The notes under the pieces were generated by a model, which ran no database searches, was not told where the DNA came from, and saw only the letters and a list, made by a program, of their open reading frames with translations. The position numbers were made by a program, and so were the translations under genes. Positions 28,174 through 36,946 of a stretch of 54,453 nt of DNA are shown piece after piece. The stretch is from a virus. Taxonomy: Duplodnaviria > Caudoviricetes. The stretch is from positions 1-54,453 of the IMG/VR virus record IMGVR_UViG_3300042923_000201. The stretch is one strand, 5' to 3'. Each line of letters begins with the position of its first letter. Position 1 is the stretch's first letter.

Positions 28174-28260
28174 TTATGCATACCACTGTAAACATCCAAC
28201 TACCATTATAGCTACAAAGGTTACAACTAGAGCTATTAAAACAATATCAATTTTTTTCAC
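28174..28260 (-). CDS. Small single-TM peptide (28 aa)
   Basis: GTG start, AAGGAG RBS, MKKIDIVLIALVVTFVAIMVVGCLQWYA; own SigA-type promoter upstream. Confidence 0.65.
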   Translation of the reverse strand: MKKIDIVLIALVVTFVAIMVVGCLQWYA

Positions 28261-28309
28261 TTAACATCCGCTCCTTACTTTTATTTTTTATTTCTTTTAC
28301 TATAAATAC

Positions 28310-28338
28310 ATTGTACCACAGGTAGAAATTATTGTCAA
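28310..28338 (-). promoter_or_regulatory. SigA-type promoter
   Basis: TTGACA-17-TACAAT with TG extension. Confidence 0.7.
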
Positions 28339-28368
28339 CAGTTATTTTATGTTATTTTTAAAATTAAT

Positions 28369-28398
28369 TGTCACAAACTAACATTTATTAATACATTA
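28369..28398 (+). promoter_or_regulatory. Phage promoter-like motif
   Basis: TGTCACAAA-N11-TAATACATTA. Confidence 0.75.
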
Positions 28399-28404
28399 TA
28401 TGTA

Positions 28405-28531
28405 AGAAGGTAATATTACTTCTATAACAATTTACTAACTTACTTACTTTACACAAAACCTTAATACATACATTTTTAGTTCACATCCTCCTTTAAGTAG
28501 ACACTGGTTTTATTACTGGTGTCTTTTTTTT
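28405..28531 (+). ncRNA. Candidate small RNA carrying an anti-Shine-Dalgarno tract
   Basis: Bounded by promoter motif 28369-28398 and terminator AGACACTGGT/ACTGGTGTCT + T-run (28499-28531); no ORF with RBS; contains CACATCCTCCTTT. 5' end estimated. Confidence 0.5.
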
Positions 28532-28563
28532 AACCCTAATTTTAACTTATTTTTACCCAACAC

Positions 28564-28592
28564 TTGACAATTATGTACACATAATATATAGT
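28564..28592 (+). promoter_or_regulatory. SigA-type promoter reading into the iteron element
   Basis: TTGACA-17-TATAGT. Confidence 0.65.
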
Positions 28593-28598
28593 TATGCC

Positions 28599-28781
28599 TG
28601 TACCAAAAACTGGTACAAGTTGTTACAGAAACTGGTACACGAGGAATGTAGACGTACCAGTGCTTACAGGCTACCGTGTACCAGAAACTGGTACTAATCT
28701 ATATATATACTATACTCAATATCTTTTTAAATACAGTAATACAGTATTAAATACTTACAAAAACAAAAACTGGTACACGGT
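28599..28781. repeat. Iteron-like element, copy 2 (candidate replication origin)
   Basis: TGTACCA-N5-TGGTAC boxes at 28599-28617 and 28677-28695, AAACTGGTAC repeats and AT-rich spacer, immediately upstream of the initiator-like gene. Confidence 0.8.
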
Positions 28782-28810
28782 GTCACAAATGACTAAAAAA
28801 TAATACATTG
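28781..28810 (+). promoter_or_regulatory. Phage promoter-like motif
   Basis: TGTCACAAA-N11-TAATACATTG. Confidence 0.7.
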
Positions 28811-28832
28811 TGAATGAGGGAGTGATTATGAT

Positions 28833-29525
28833 ATGTACAACGGTTTTGAATTTGATGGCAGTAATAATAAAGTGGTAGTGGATGTAGAATACTTAAAAGG
28901 CGACTTACTTAAAACAATATCACCTACACAGTTAAAATTGTTATTGGCAATTGTGGCTAATATGGACAGTAATGGAAACTCTTACCCGTCTATGCGTACA
29001 CTACAAGAAATTACTGGAATGTCACTAACTACAGTAAACAAGAATGTTAAAGAGTTACTGGATGTAGAGGTTAATGGTTCACCTGTTATTTATCGTAGGT
29101 TTGAGGGTACAGGGTTAAAGAGGTTTTCTATCTACTCTTTTGTTGAAGATATTACACCTGTAACTGTAGAGGGTGTAGAAGAAAAAGAAAAGGAAAAAGT
29201 ATTCACTGGAAAGATGGCAATAGATTTATTCTGTACAACATTTTTAGAAGAGTTTGGTTACAAATATAAAGTCAGTGGTGCCAAAGACGGAGCTAACATA
29301 AGACGGTTGTTAAATACATATGATGAAGAACAAGTAAGAGCTATAATTTCTATAACAGTTTTAGACTATAAAAAAAGATGGAGTACACCTTCCTACCCTG
29401 TTCCAACAATTGGGGCAATGTGTAGTTGGATTGCTGTTAAGGCATTGGAAATACATAACAACAAAACTAAAAATACAAACAAATGGGATAATATAGAAAA
29501 CGATGAAGACAGTTTAGATTTGTAA
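28833..29525 (+). CDS. Putative replication initiator (N-terminal winged HTH)
   Basis: SYPSMRTLQEITGMSLTTVNKNVKEL HTH typical of phage replisome organisers; upstream of DnaC-like loader. Confidence 0.72.
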   Translation: MYNGFEFDGSNNKVVVDVEYLKGDLLKTISPTQLKLLLAIVANMDSNGNSYPSMRTLQEITGMSLTTVNKNVKELLDVEVNGSPVIYRRFEGTGLKRFSIYSFVEDITPVTVEGVEEKEKEKVFTGKMAIDLFCTTFLEEFGYKYKVSGAKDGANIRRLLNTYDEEQVRAIISITVLDYKKRWSTPSYPVPTIGAMCSWIAVKALEIHNNKTKNTNKWDNIENDEDSLDL

Positions 29526-29540
29526 ATTAGTAAATAAACC

Positions 29541-29570
29541 TTGACTTGGTAATATTAACTATGGTATAGT
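29541..29570 (+). promoter_or_regulatory. SigA-type promoter
   Basis: TTGACT-18-TATAGT with TG extension. Confidence 0.55.
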
Positions 29571-29616
29571 ATTCCATGTAGAGGACAACAGTTACCAAAG
29601 GGGGACGGACATACAA

Positions 29617-30375
29617 TTGAATATTGGTGTTGAAGTAAAGGACTGTAAATTCAACAAAACATGTAAGAGATACGATGGGGAAGAATGTAATAATGCTTGC
29701 TACTCATATGTGTTCTTACATGGTGTAACAGGAAGTGGTGGTTTTTGGGGTAGTCGTAATGTACCTAAAATGTATTCAAACTATTTTATACATAACCTAC
29801 CAATTGATGCAGAGAATCCACGGGTATACATAGCAGTACAGAATTATTGTTCTAACATATTGGACAGAGTCCAAAGCAGTAACAGGGGTATCTACTTTAC
29901 TGGGGGTACTGGAACAGGTAAGACAACATGCTCAGTCACAATTCTTAATGAGTATTTATTGGCAAGATGTATACAGCACCTAAAAGGGGAAAAGAGAATA
30001 GAAGTAAATCCTGTATTGTTTTTGAAACTGTCAGAATTACAGAACATTTATAACTCACAGTTTAGAGGAACACCACAAGCTCAAAATGATAGTGCCACAC
30101 ATTACTATTCCCTTAAGGAAAAAATGAAGGAAGTAGATTTATTAGTTGTGGATGATATTGCATTAAGAGGTCTTCCTGAGGGTTTTATGAATGAGTTGTA
30201 CGAGATAGTGGACTACAGAGCCACTGAGGAAACAACTACCCTGTTTACATCCAACGTAACCTATGATGAATTACCTGAGTTTGTAGGAGACAGAATTGCT
30301 TCACGTATACAAGGTATGTGCGGTAATCAGGTAGTTTTAAAAGGTAAGGATTTTCGTCAGGGGGGTTTATTCTAA
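29617..30375 (+). CDS. DnaC/IstB-like AAA+ helicase loader
   Basis: Walker A GGTGTGKT, Walker B LLVVDDI, TSN and RIASRI motifs. Confidence 0.88.
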   Translation: MNIGVEVKDCKFNKTCKRYDGEECNNACYSYVFLHGVTGSGGFWGSRNVPKMYSNYFIHNLPIDAENPRVYIAVQNYCSNILDRVQSSNRGIYFTGGTGTGKTTCSVTILNEYLLARCIQHLKGEKRIEVNPVLFLKLSELQNIYNSQFRGTPQAQNDSATHYYSLKEKMKEVDLLVVDDIALRGLPEGFMNELYEIVDYRATEETTTLFTSNVTYDELPEFVGDRIASRIQGMCGNQVVLKGKDFRQGGLF

Positions 30376-31640
30376 TGTTAGAAAACAAACTATTAAGTAA
30401 GGTATTAATATGTAAAGAAATATTACCTTTATTTAAAGGTAATGTAGTTGCAGATGATTTTTATACTCAAGGAGATACATATAACTATATTAAAGAATAT
30501 TACAAAGAGTACGGGGAAGTTCCTCCAATGGAGACAGTTGTTAGTGATTGTGATTCTTTTGAGTATGTAGGGGAAGTTCCTGATAAATTTGAGTACCTAA
30601 TTAATTCCATTAAAGATGCCACATCCAAACGGGTAGCCTATGAGTTGTTACAGAATGAAGCAGGGAATAAGTTCTCTACTTTAAGTGGTGTAGCTTTTTC
30701 AGACTGGTTATTACAGGAGGCGACTAGATTAAATAGATTGTCCCATGTAAATTCCACCACTGGAACTAACTTTGCGGTAAATGGTAAAGACCGTAAAGCA
30801 GAATACTTGGAACGTAAAGAGAAAAAGAGTGGTTCCTTCATACAGACACCTTATCCATCCCTTAACACTTGGTTAGGTGGGGGAATGGAGTTAGGGGATT
30901 ACACTTTACTTAATGCCTACACCAACAGAGGTAAGAGTTGGATAGCAGGGGATTTTGGTGTAATGGCTTGGAGAAAAGGATTTGGTGTACTACATTATTC
31001 ACCTGAGTTAAGTAAGTCTCAACAGATGGACAGACTGGATACTTTAAATGGACACTTTGACAACATGGAGCTAAAGACAGGTAATTTAAAGCATGAGGAA
31101 AAGTATTTGACTTACTTGGATACTTTTGATGAAAGTAATGAAGTTCCATACATAATAAAAACAATGGATGATTTAAGTAATGGATTGTCATTAGAGGTCA
31201 TTGAAGCGGACATACAGGCTAACAGTGACATTAAGCTAGTCATTATAGATGGTTTTAATTTAATGTCTCATACGGGTTCCTCAGGGTCTTCTAAGAGGGA
31301 CAAGATGTCTTCTACTTCTAGGGAAATACGACAGTTGTTTGGTAAATACGGTATATCAGTATTAGTTGTACATCACACTCCTACATCAGCAGAAAAGGAA
31401 AACAAAGAGACAGATGAAGCAGGTACTAGAATAGTTAAGCCACCTGAGATACACCAATATAGTGAGACAGTGGCAGTAATACAGGATGCTTGTACAGTAT
31501 TAACATTTGACCAAAGGGACGGTATCGGAGCATTAAAGTTAGCTAAGGCACGTACCCCATTTGTAGACCAACAAATAGAGTTACATTGTGATTTTAATTT
31601 AGGTATTATTAGAGAGGTAAGTCCAGTAGATTACTTCTAG
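30375..31640 (+). CDS. dnaB: DnaB-like replicative helicase
   Basis: AYTNRGKS Walker A, YSPEL, LVIIDG, IQDA, KAR motifs of SF4 helicases. Confidence 0.85.
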   Translation: MLENKLLSKVLICKEILPLFKGNVVADDFYTQGDTYNYIKEYYKEYGEVPPMETVVSDCDSFEYVGEVPDKFEYLINSIKDATSKRVAYELLQNEAGNKFSTLSGVAFSDWLLQEATRLNRLSHVNSTTGTNFAVNGKDRKAEYLERKEKKSGSFIQTPYPSLNTWLGGGMELGDYTLLNAYTNRGKSWIAGDFGVMAWRKGFGVLHYSPELSKSQQMDRLDTLNGHFDNMELKTGNLKHEEKYLTYLDTFDESNEVPYIIKTMDDLSNGLSLEVIEADIQANSDIKLVIIDGFNLMSHTGSSGSSKRDKMSSTSREIRQLFGKYGISVLVVHHTPTSAEKENKETDEAGTRIVKPPEIHQYSETVAVIQDACTVLTFDQRDGIGALKLAKARTPFVDQQIELHCDFNLGIIREVSPVDYF

Positions 31641-31652
31641 GGGAGAGATACA

Positions 31653-32606
31653 ATGGGAGTAAGGGTAAAGGGACAGGAATTAGATGTAGACATATTAGAG
31701 GAAATAGAAAGTTTTGACTGGGTAAGAGGGGAAATAAAAACAAACAAGTTTCAAGCCTGTTCCCCTTTTAGAGTAGACTTACACCCCTCATTTGCCATTA
31801 ATTTAGAGGACGGTACTTGGAAAGATTCAGGTAGTACAGATGATTACTTAATAAAAGGTAATTTGACAAAATTGTTAGCAATCTTAAGAGGTGAAACATA
31901 TGAGACAGTGGAAGATTACTTACTACAGAAATACAGTCTCATACTGTCTGATACATCAGCACTAGAATTAAGTATAAATTTAGATGGAGAAAATGTAACA
32001 CCTACATATTTTACTAAGGAAACTTTAAAACATTTATACCCTAACAATTATGATTACTTATTAGGTAGAGGTATTTCCAAAGATGTACAGGATTTATTTG
32101 GAATAGGATACTTAGTAAACAGTTTGGCAGTAGCCTTACCTTGGTCAGATTTAAAAGGGAATATATGTAATGTTAAATACAGGAGAACAGATACTAAGAG
32201 ATTCTTTTATGAGAAGGGTGGTACTCCTATTTCTAAGTTAGTATTTGGAGCCTACTTAAGTAAACTAGAGAAAGCCACAGTTATTTATTTATGTGAGAGT
32301 GAGACAGATGCTTTATACCTTTGGACGTATGGTTACTGTGGGGTAGCTGTAGGTGGTTCTAACCTCACTGATATACAGAAAGACATTATATTAGGTGTGG
32401 GTGCAACATACATAGTTATTTGTACAGACAATGATGGAGTGGGTAATAACTTTGCTAACTCATTAATAAAAGAGTTTACTCCACATTTAGGAGTGTACAG
32501 GCACAAGTTTCCAGTAGGAGTAAATGACATTAATGATTTGAGTTCACAACAAATGTTAGACATTAAAAAAAGGTTAATAAAACCTACTATAAGTTTTTTA
32601 AAATAA
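31653..32606 (+). CDS. dnaG: DNA primase (TOPRIM)
   Basis: ACSPFR..HPSF, YLLGRGI, CESETDAL, TDNDGVG, DIND motifs. Confidence 0.87.
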   Translation: MGVRVKGQELDVDILEEIESFDWVRGEIKTNKFQACSPFRVDLHPSFAINLEDGTWKDSGSTDDYLIKGNLTKLLAILRGETYETVEDYLLQKYSLILSDTSALELSINLDGENVTPTYFTKETLKHLYPNNYDYLLGRGISKDVQDLFGIGYLVNSLAVALPWSDLKGNICNVKYRRTDTKRFFYEKGGTPISKLVFGAYLSKLEKATVIYLCESETDALYLWTYGYCGVAVGGSNLTDIQKDIILGVGATYIVICTDNDGVGNNFANSLIKEFTPHLGVYRHKFPVGVNDINDLSSQQMLDIKKRLIKPTISFLK

Positions 32607-32607
32607 A

Positions 32608-32637
32608 TGTCACAAAGTATTGCAGACACATACATTA
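32608..32637 (+). promoter_or_regulatory. Phage promoter-like motif
   Basis: TGTCACAAA-N11-ACATACATTA. Confidence 0.65.
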
Positions 32638-32657
32638 TAATTGAGACGGGGGATTAC

Positions 32658-33260
32658 ATGTACATTAGAAACAATGGTGTAATAAACGACTTAGCCATGA
32701 AAGCCAAAGATGGAGATACACAGGCTTTTAATGACTTATACACAACACTGTTACCACATTTTAACGACATAGTGAATAACTATTTTATACGTAATAAATT
32801 AACTACATTTCATTTGGATAAAGACGACTATTTATCTACAGTTGGACAATCTTTATGGGAGAGTTTAAAAGATTATGATTCTTCAAAAGGAAACATTTAT
32901 TCACGGTTAATTGTATTTTCTTCTTACAGGATGTCAGCACTTACTACCTTATTACTGGCAGATAAAAGGCATGACAAAGAGTCCTCCACAGTAAGCTTGG
33001 ATGATGTACTGGATTATACAGACATTGAATGTGTGGACTCGAACGACTTCTTACTACATAGTGCAATTGCACATTTTATTGACAAGCATAAAGATGGAGA
33101 GTTGATTAACATTTTTATAACCACTGGAAACATACGGGATAGAACAGAAGCCTTTAAGAATTACTTTGGTGGTACATATGGAGATAGAGAGAGAAAGAAA
33201 GTACAAAGAGTTAAGGATGCATTAAAGACCCACCTACTAAGACAAGGTGTTTCTATATAG
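32658..33260 (+). CDS. Second sigma-factor-like protein
   Basis: AKDGDTQAFNDLY and DDYLS...LWESLKDYDSSKG region-2-like segments; start moved to ATG 32658 (GGGGG RBS). Confidence 0.7.
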   Translation: MYIRNNGVINDLAMKAKDGDTQAFNDLYTTLLPHFNDIVNNYFIRNKLTTFHLDKDDYLSTVGQSLWESLKDYDSSKGNIYSRLIVFSSYRMSALTTLLLADKRHDKESSTVSLDDVLDYTDIECVDSNDFLLHSAIAHFIDKHKDGELINIFITTGNIRDRTEAFKNYFGGTYGDRERKKVQRVKDALKTHLLRQGVSI

Positions 33261-33322
33261 TAGTAAATAACAGTAAAAAGCTACGGTAACACAGCAAACT
33301 AAAAAATAGGAGGAAACAAAAC

Positions 33323-34060
33323 ATGGCAGGATTAATTTCAGGACAAGGCGAAAGTATTAACTTAGGTAGTGACATTGATTTAAAAGAAGTGTATTACAGA
33401 TTTAAAGATGGTGAAAGTGCAAAAGTAAGAGTATTAGGTTTGACTGATTATGCAGAGTATAAAGCTCATGGTGACTTTAATCTAAAAGTATACACTCAAC
33501 CTTGTGTAGCTCCACTGGATAGAGATTGTCCATTATGTACAGCATCTAAATCAGGAGTAGACGGTTTTGACAAACTGTACACTAAGAAGAGATATCTTTT
33601 TGTATTCGGTGATTTGGCAACAGGTAAGCTAAAAGTTTGGGACTGTTCTAAATCACAGGCAAAAGACTTACTAACTCAAATTAATGAGTATAAAGAAGAC
33701 ATTGGAGAAGTAGCCTTTAACTTTAAAAGAACAGGGAATAAGACGGAAACATCCTATAAACTTAACCCAATCTTAAAGTTAAAAGGTAAAGATGTAGACG
33801 ACTTTCACGCATTTGACGACATGGAGATACCACCTACATTTTACGAAGATGTACTGGCACCTAAATCTGACCAACTAATGAAGGATATACTAGATGAAGC
33901 AGGGTTCCCTGTGACTACATATTACCCTGAGTTTGTTAGAACAGTAATGGATGCTAATGGTAATCCAGTACCTAAAGAGAACAATAATACAGAAGTACCA
34001 ACACCACCAACTACTACACAGGATGCAGAACCTGAGAGTGAAGAAGACTTACCGTTTTAA
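33323..34060 (+). CDS. Single-stranded DNA-binding protein (gp32-like)
   Basis: H...C...CPLC zinc site, KRTGNKTETSY, acidic tail ending DLPF. Confidence 0.8.
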   Translation: MAGLISGQGESINLGSDIDLKEVYYRFKDGESAKVRVLGLTDYAEYKAHGDFNLKVYTQPCVAPLDRDCPLCTASKSGVDGFDKLYTKKRYLFVFGDLATGKLKVWDCSKSQAKDLLTQINEYKEDIGEVAFNFKRTGNKTETSYKLNPILKLKGKDVDDFHAFDDMEIPPTFYEDVLAPKSDQLMKDILDEAGFPVTTYYPEFVRTVMDANGNPVPKENNNTEVPTPPTTTQDAEPESEEDLPF

Positions 34061-34072
34061 TAGTATTAAACT

Positions 34073-34102
34073 AGGACAGCCATAACAGGTTGTTCTTTTT
34101 TT
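34073..34102 (+). terminator. Rho-independent terminator
   Basis: AGGACAGCC / GGTTGTTCT + T-run. Confidence 0.7.
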
Positions 34103-34114
34103 ATTTGTAATAAA

Positions 34115-34144
34115 TGTCACAAATACCCAAAAAGTAATACATTA
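34115..34144 (+). promoter_or_regulatory. Phage promoter-like motif
   Basis: TGTCACAAA-N11-TAATACATTA. Confidence 0.75.
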
Positions 34145-34175
34145 TAAGTGAGGTATATAGTAATAGGAGGTTTAA

Positions 34176-35090
34176 ATGCTAGAGAAAAAAAGCATGACAC
34201 AAAAGGTAGATTTGACACAAGAGTTTGGAGATTTAGGAAGAAGTAGTGAGTTAGAGCAAGCACTATTTAACCAGTTTAACCTCTTTCATGAGAATGAATT
34301 AGAACCAGTTAAGGAACTAGAGTTGATACTGTTAAACCAAAAGAACGTAGAGTATAATCATATTGATGTAAAAATGGTCAGACCTGAGTTACCTACATTC
34401 TCACCGTCAGGAGCTTCTAAGTGTGCTAGGGAACTGTTTTATAAAGACAATGATGCAATACTACCACATGAAGTAAGGTACCCCTATCAGAGACGGTGGA
34501 CACGTAATTCCACAGCAGTACATGAAGTAATACAAAAAGACTTACTTTACATGGGAAACACAATGAAAGACCCCGCATTTAAAGTAAACATACTGGAAAA
34601 CGGATTACCTGCTTGGGAAGACAACATTAAATCATTTGTAATAGTGGAACATAATGGTGAAAAGTTTGCAGTATTAGGAATGATGGACGGTATTCTAACA
34701 TACAAGGACGGTTCTACAATTGGTTTTGAGTTCAAAACAAAGTCTAACACATTAGGACAAGTTGGTTATTACAAAATGAAAGATTCAGCACCATACCATA
34801 AGGAACAATGTGTAGCCTATTCTTTAATATTTGGTATGGACGAGTTTATTTTAATGTATGAAAGTGTAGTAAAAGACCACTGGCACAAAGGACAAGAAGC
34901 AAAAATTGACTTTAGAACATTTTATTACAAAGTAAATGACGAAGCCAAAACAGAACTACTAGACAGATTTGCTTACATAGCTAAATGTATTAGATTGGGA
35001 GAAGTACCTGACAGAGAGTTAGATAAATGTATGTTCTGTCAGTATATAGATGAATGTAAAAAAGAAGATACAGAAGGAGAGTTAAACTAA
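34176..35090 (+). CDS. Cas4/AddB-like PD-(D/E)XK exonuclease
   Basis: SPSGASKC, MDG...EFKT, Q...Y and C-terminal C..C.....C (Fe-S ligand pattern). Confidence 0.82.
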   Translation: MLEKKSMTQKVDLTQEFGDLGRSSELEQALFNQFNLFHENELEPVKELELILLNQKNVEYNHIDVKMVRPELPTFSPSGASKCARELFYKDNDAILPHEVRYPYQRRWTRNSTAVHEVIQKDLLYMGNTMKDPAFKVNILENGLPAWEDNIKSFVIVEHNGEKFAVLGMMDGILTYKDGSTIGFEFKTKSNTLGQVGYYKMKDSAPYHKEQCVAYSLIFGMDEFILMYESVVKDHWHKGQEAKIDFRTFYYKVNDEAKTELLDRFAYIAKCIRLGEVPDRELDKCMFCQYIDECKKEDTEGELN

Positions 35091-35299
35091 TGGAAGTTTT
35101 AGCAGTAATTTTAGGTGTATTAATTATTATATTTGTTGCAGTAATGAGTTTTGTTGTAATACCATTTGCATTAATGACAGTATTAGGATTCATGGGGATT
35201 AAAATTAGTTTTTGGATATGTGTTTGTATTGTGTTAATATTTAACTTTATAATAGCATCACTTAAAAATATATTTAGTGGGAATACAGTTGCCAAATAG
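35090..35299 (+). CDS. Small membrane protein
   Basis: 69-aa hydrophobic ORF, AAGGAG RBS. Confidence 0.7.
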   Translation: MEVLAVILGVLIIIFVAVMSFVVIPFALMTVLGFMGIKISFWICVCIVLIFNFIIASLKNIFSGNTVAK

Positions 35300-35810
35300 T
35301 ACACCTGACAGAATACTGGCAATGGACTTATCAATGAATTTCCCTGCATATGCCATAATCGACATTGTTAAGGGAAAGGCATTAGTTAAGGAAGTAAGAT
35401 ATACAGACAATAAAAAGAATGGCAGGTCTAAACTGTCCCATGCGGTAAGACTGGATGCTATTGCTAAGGATATCGTACAGATAGTAAAAGACTACCCTGA
35501 CATTGATTATGTAGTTAGAGAAAAGGGTTTTACTAGATATAACTCCACTCAAGTAATTTTTAGAGTAGTGGGTATCTGTGACTTAATGGTTTATAGGGAA
35601 TTAAATGTAGAGAATATAGAAGAGATACCACCTACAACAATTAAAAGGATACTGGCAGGATATGGTAAAGCCACTAAGGATGAAGTTGCAGAAGGTGTAA
35701 GAGAACATTTAGTACCTTTACAAAAGGATATGTCTTTTTATACTGATGATTGTTCTGATGCAATTGGTGTCGGCATTACTTGTATGATTTTAAATGGTTG
35801 GTTTAAATAA
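35277..35810 (+). CDS. ruvC: RuvC-like Holliday junction resolvase
   Basis: ILAMDLS, VVRE, PTTIK...GYGKATK, DDCSDAI motifs. Confidence 0.85.
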   Translation: MGIQLPNSTPDRILAMDLSMNFPAYAIIDIVKGKALVKEVRYTDNKKNGRSKLSHAVRLDAIAKDIVQIVKDYPDIDYVVREKGFTRYNSTQVIFRVVGICDLMVYRELNVENIEEIPPTTIKRILAGYGKATKDEVAEGVREHLVPLQKDMSFYTDDCSDAIGVGITCMILNGWFK

Positions 35811-35816
35811 AAAACT

Positions 35817-35842
35817 GGGACAGTGTAAAAACTGTTCCTTTT
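35817..35842 (+). terminator. Rho-independent terminator
   Basis: GGGACAGT / ACTGTTCC + T-run. Confidence 0.65.
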
Positions 35843-35855
35843 GTTAAAATAATCC

Positions 35856-35884
35856 TTGACAATTGGTTAATTATACTATATACT
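35856..35884 (+). promoter_or_regulatory. SigA-type early promoter
   Basis: TTGACA-17-TATACT. Confidence 0.8.
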
Positions 35885-35918
35885 AAGGACAAGTTAAAAA
35901 ACAAGGAGAAAAATACAT

Positions 35919-35984
35919 ATGTTTTTATTTTTAATTGTAATATTTGTTTTATGGAGTATGTTAATGGTTAGTAATAGTATATAA
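35919..35984 (+). CDS. Micro membrane peptide (21 aa)
   Basis: AAGGAG RBS; MFLFLIVIFVLWSMLMVSNSI. Confidence 0.55.
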   Translation: MFLFLIVIFVLWSMLMVSNSI

Positions 35985-36018
35985 TTAGTACAAGTTAAAG
36001 GACAAGGAGTTGTGTAAA

Positions 36019-36087
36019 GTGGATACATTAACAATCGTACTACTGACATTAGTAAGTTACTACATTTGTAAAGAGTGGTTTAAATGA
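36019..36087 (+). CDS. Micro membrane peptide (22 aa)
   Basis: AAGGAG RBS, GTG start; MDTLTIVLLTLVSYYICKEWFK. Confidence 0.55.
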   Translation: MDTLTIVLLTLVSYYICKEWFK

Positions 36088-36106
36088 TTGAAGAAGAGGT
36101 GTACAT

Positions 36107-36193
36107 GTGGATAGTTGGGTAATACAAGCAATAGGAGTGATTATTGTATTAATTTACTGTATTTGTATGATAGTTGGATTCTTTGATGATTAA
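36107..36193 (+). CDS. Micro membrane peptide (28 aa)
   Basis: GAGGTG RBS, GTG start; MDSWVIQAIGVIIVLIYCICMIVGFFDD. Confidence 0.55.
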   Translation: MDSWVIQAIGVIIVLIYCICMIVGFFDD

Positions 36194-36503
36194 TGAAAAA
36201 GTAATACTAGAATTAATCAACAGGAAAGAACGACAGATATTAGTACATAGCTACATTTATTACGAGAAAAACGACAACATTTGGACAGACTTTAAATATG
36301 ATGAAGTAAGTAAAGAGTTAGCTACATTAATTGAGGAACACCCAACAGTAGCAAAACAGGCTTACTGGTTTCATTACTTTAAGGAGTGGGACGGTAGCTC
36401 AGGTTATGACTTACCTATGGACGACCCTTGGGTAAGAACAGTTGGAGAAAGAGTGTACAGAATTTATTTAAAAAACAGGGGGAATAATAATGTCAATTAT
36501 TAA
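36186..36503 (+). CDS. Stand-alone protein resembling domain Ia of NAD+-dependent DNA ligase
   Basis: HSYIYYEKNDNIWTDFKYD...EL..L.EEHP aligns by eye with the LigA N-terminus; start may be 36174 or 36186. Confidence 0.65.
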   Translation: MINEKVILELINRKERQILVHSYIYYEKNDNIWTDFKYDEVSKELATLIEEHPTVAKQAYWFHYFKEWDGSSGYDLPMDDPWVRTVGERVYRIYLKNRGNNNVNY

Positions 36504-36924
36504 ATGTGTAGAAGCTAAATCGGCTCAGGCTGTAAAATTTTCAGGGTTTACTGATGAACTGTTTAAAGACTTAGTGGAAATTGGAGTAGAGGCGACAGTT
36601 GCAAGTGTGAGTAGATTCAGTTTTGAGGATGAAGAAGGAGATATATTATACGTAGATTTGGGTGAGTATGTTGTTGTACAGTGCGGACAGTTCTTTGTAT
36701 ATGATGAAGATACATTCTCACAGGAGTTTACAATAAGTGATATAATAACTCCTAGAGACAACACTCCTACTGGATTATTTAAAGAACTTAACACATTACT
36801 AAACAGAATTAACGATGTATGTTGTTATGGTATTGGTTGTGATGAGTGTGCATTAGGTAAAGAAGTAAATGTTAATGGTTCAAGTACATATCTATGTAGA
36901 CTAGGTGCTTATTTGGATTTATAA
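36490..36924 (+). CDS. Hypothetical protein with C-terminal Cys cluster
   Basis: 144 aa; C-terminal ELNTLL...C..C..C.L...C shared with 41820..42212. Confidence 0.7.
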   Translation: MSIIKCVEAKSAQAVKFSGFTDELFKDLVEIGVEATVASVSRFSFEDEEGDILYVDLGEYVVVQCGQFFVYDEDTFSQEFTISDIITPRDNTPTGLFKELNTLLNRINDVCCYGIGCDECALGKEVNVNGSSTYLCRLGAYLDL

Positions 36925-36946
36925 AAAGAAGGAGTGATACAGTAAT

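Noticed and set aside
28594-28803. 69-aa ORF (and 1231..1419 on the minus strand)
   Set aside because: Both coincide with the iteron-like repeat elements, lack an RBS and translate as repeat-derived sequence.
34176-35090. CRISPR-Cas system suggested by the Cas4-like gene
   Set aside because: No array or other cas genes; solo Cas4-like nucleases are common in phage replication modules.
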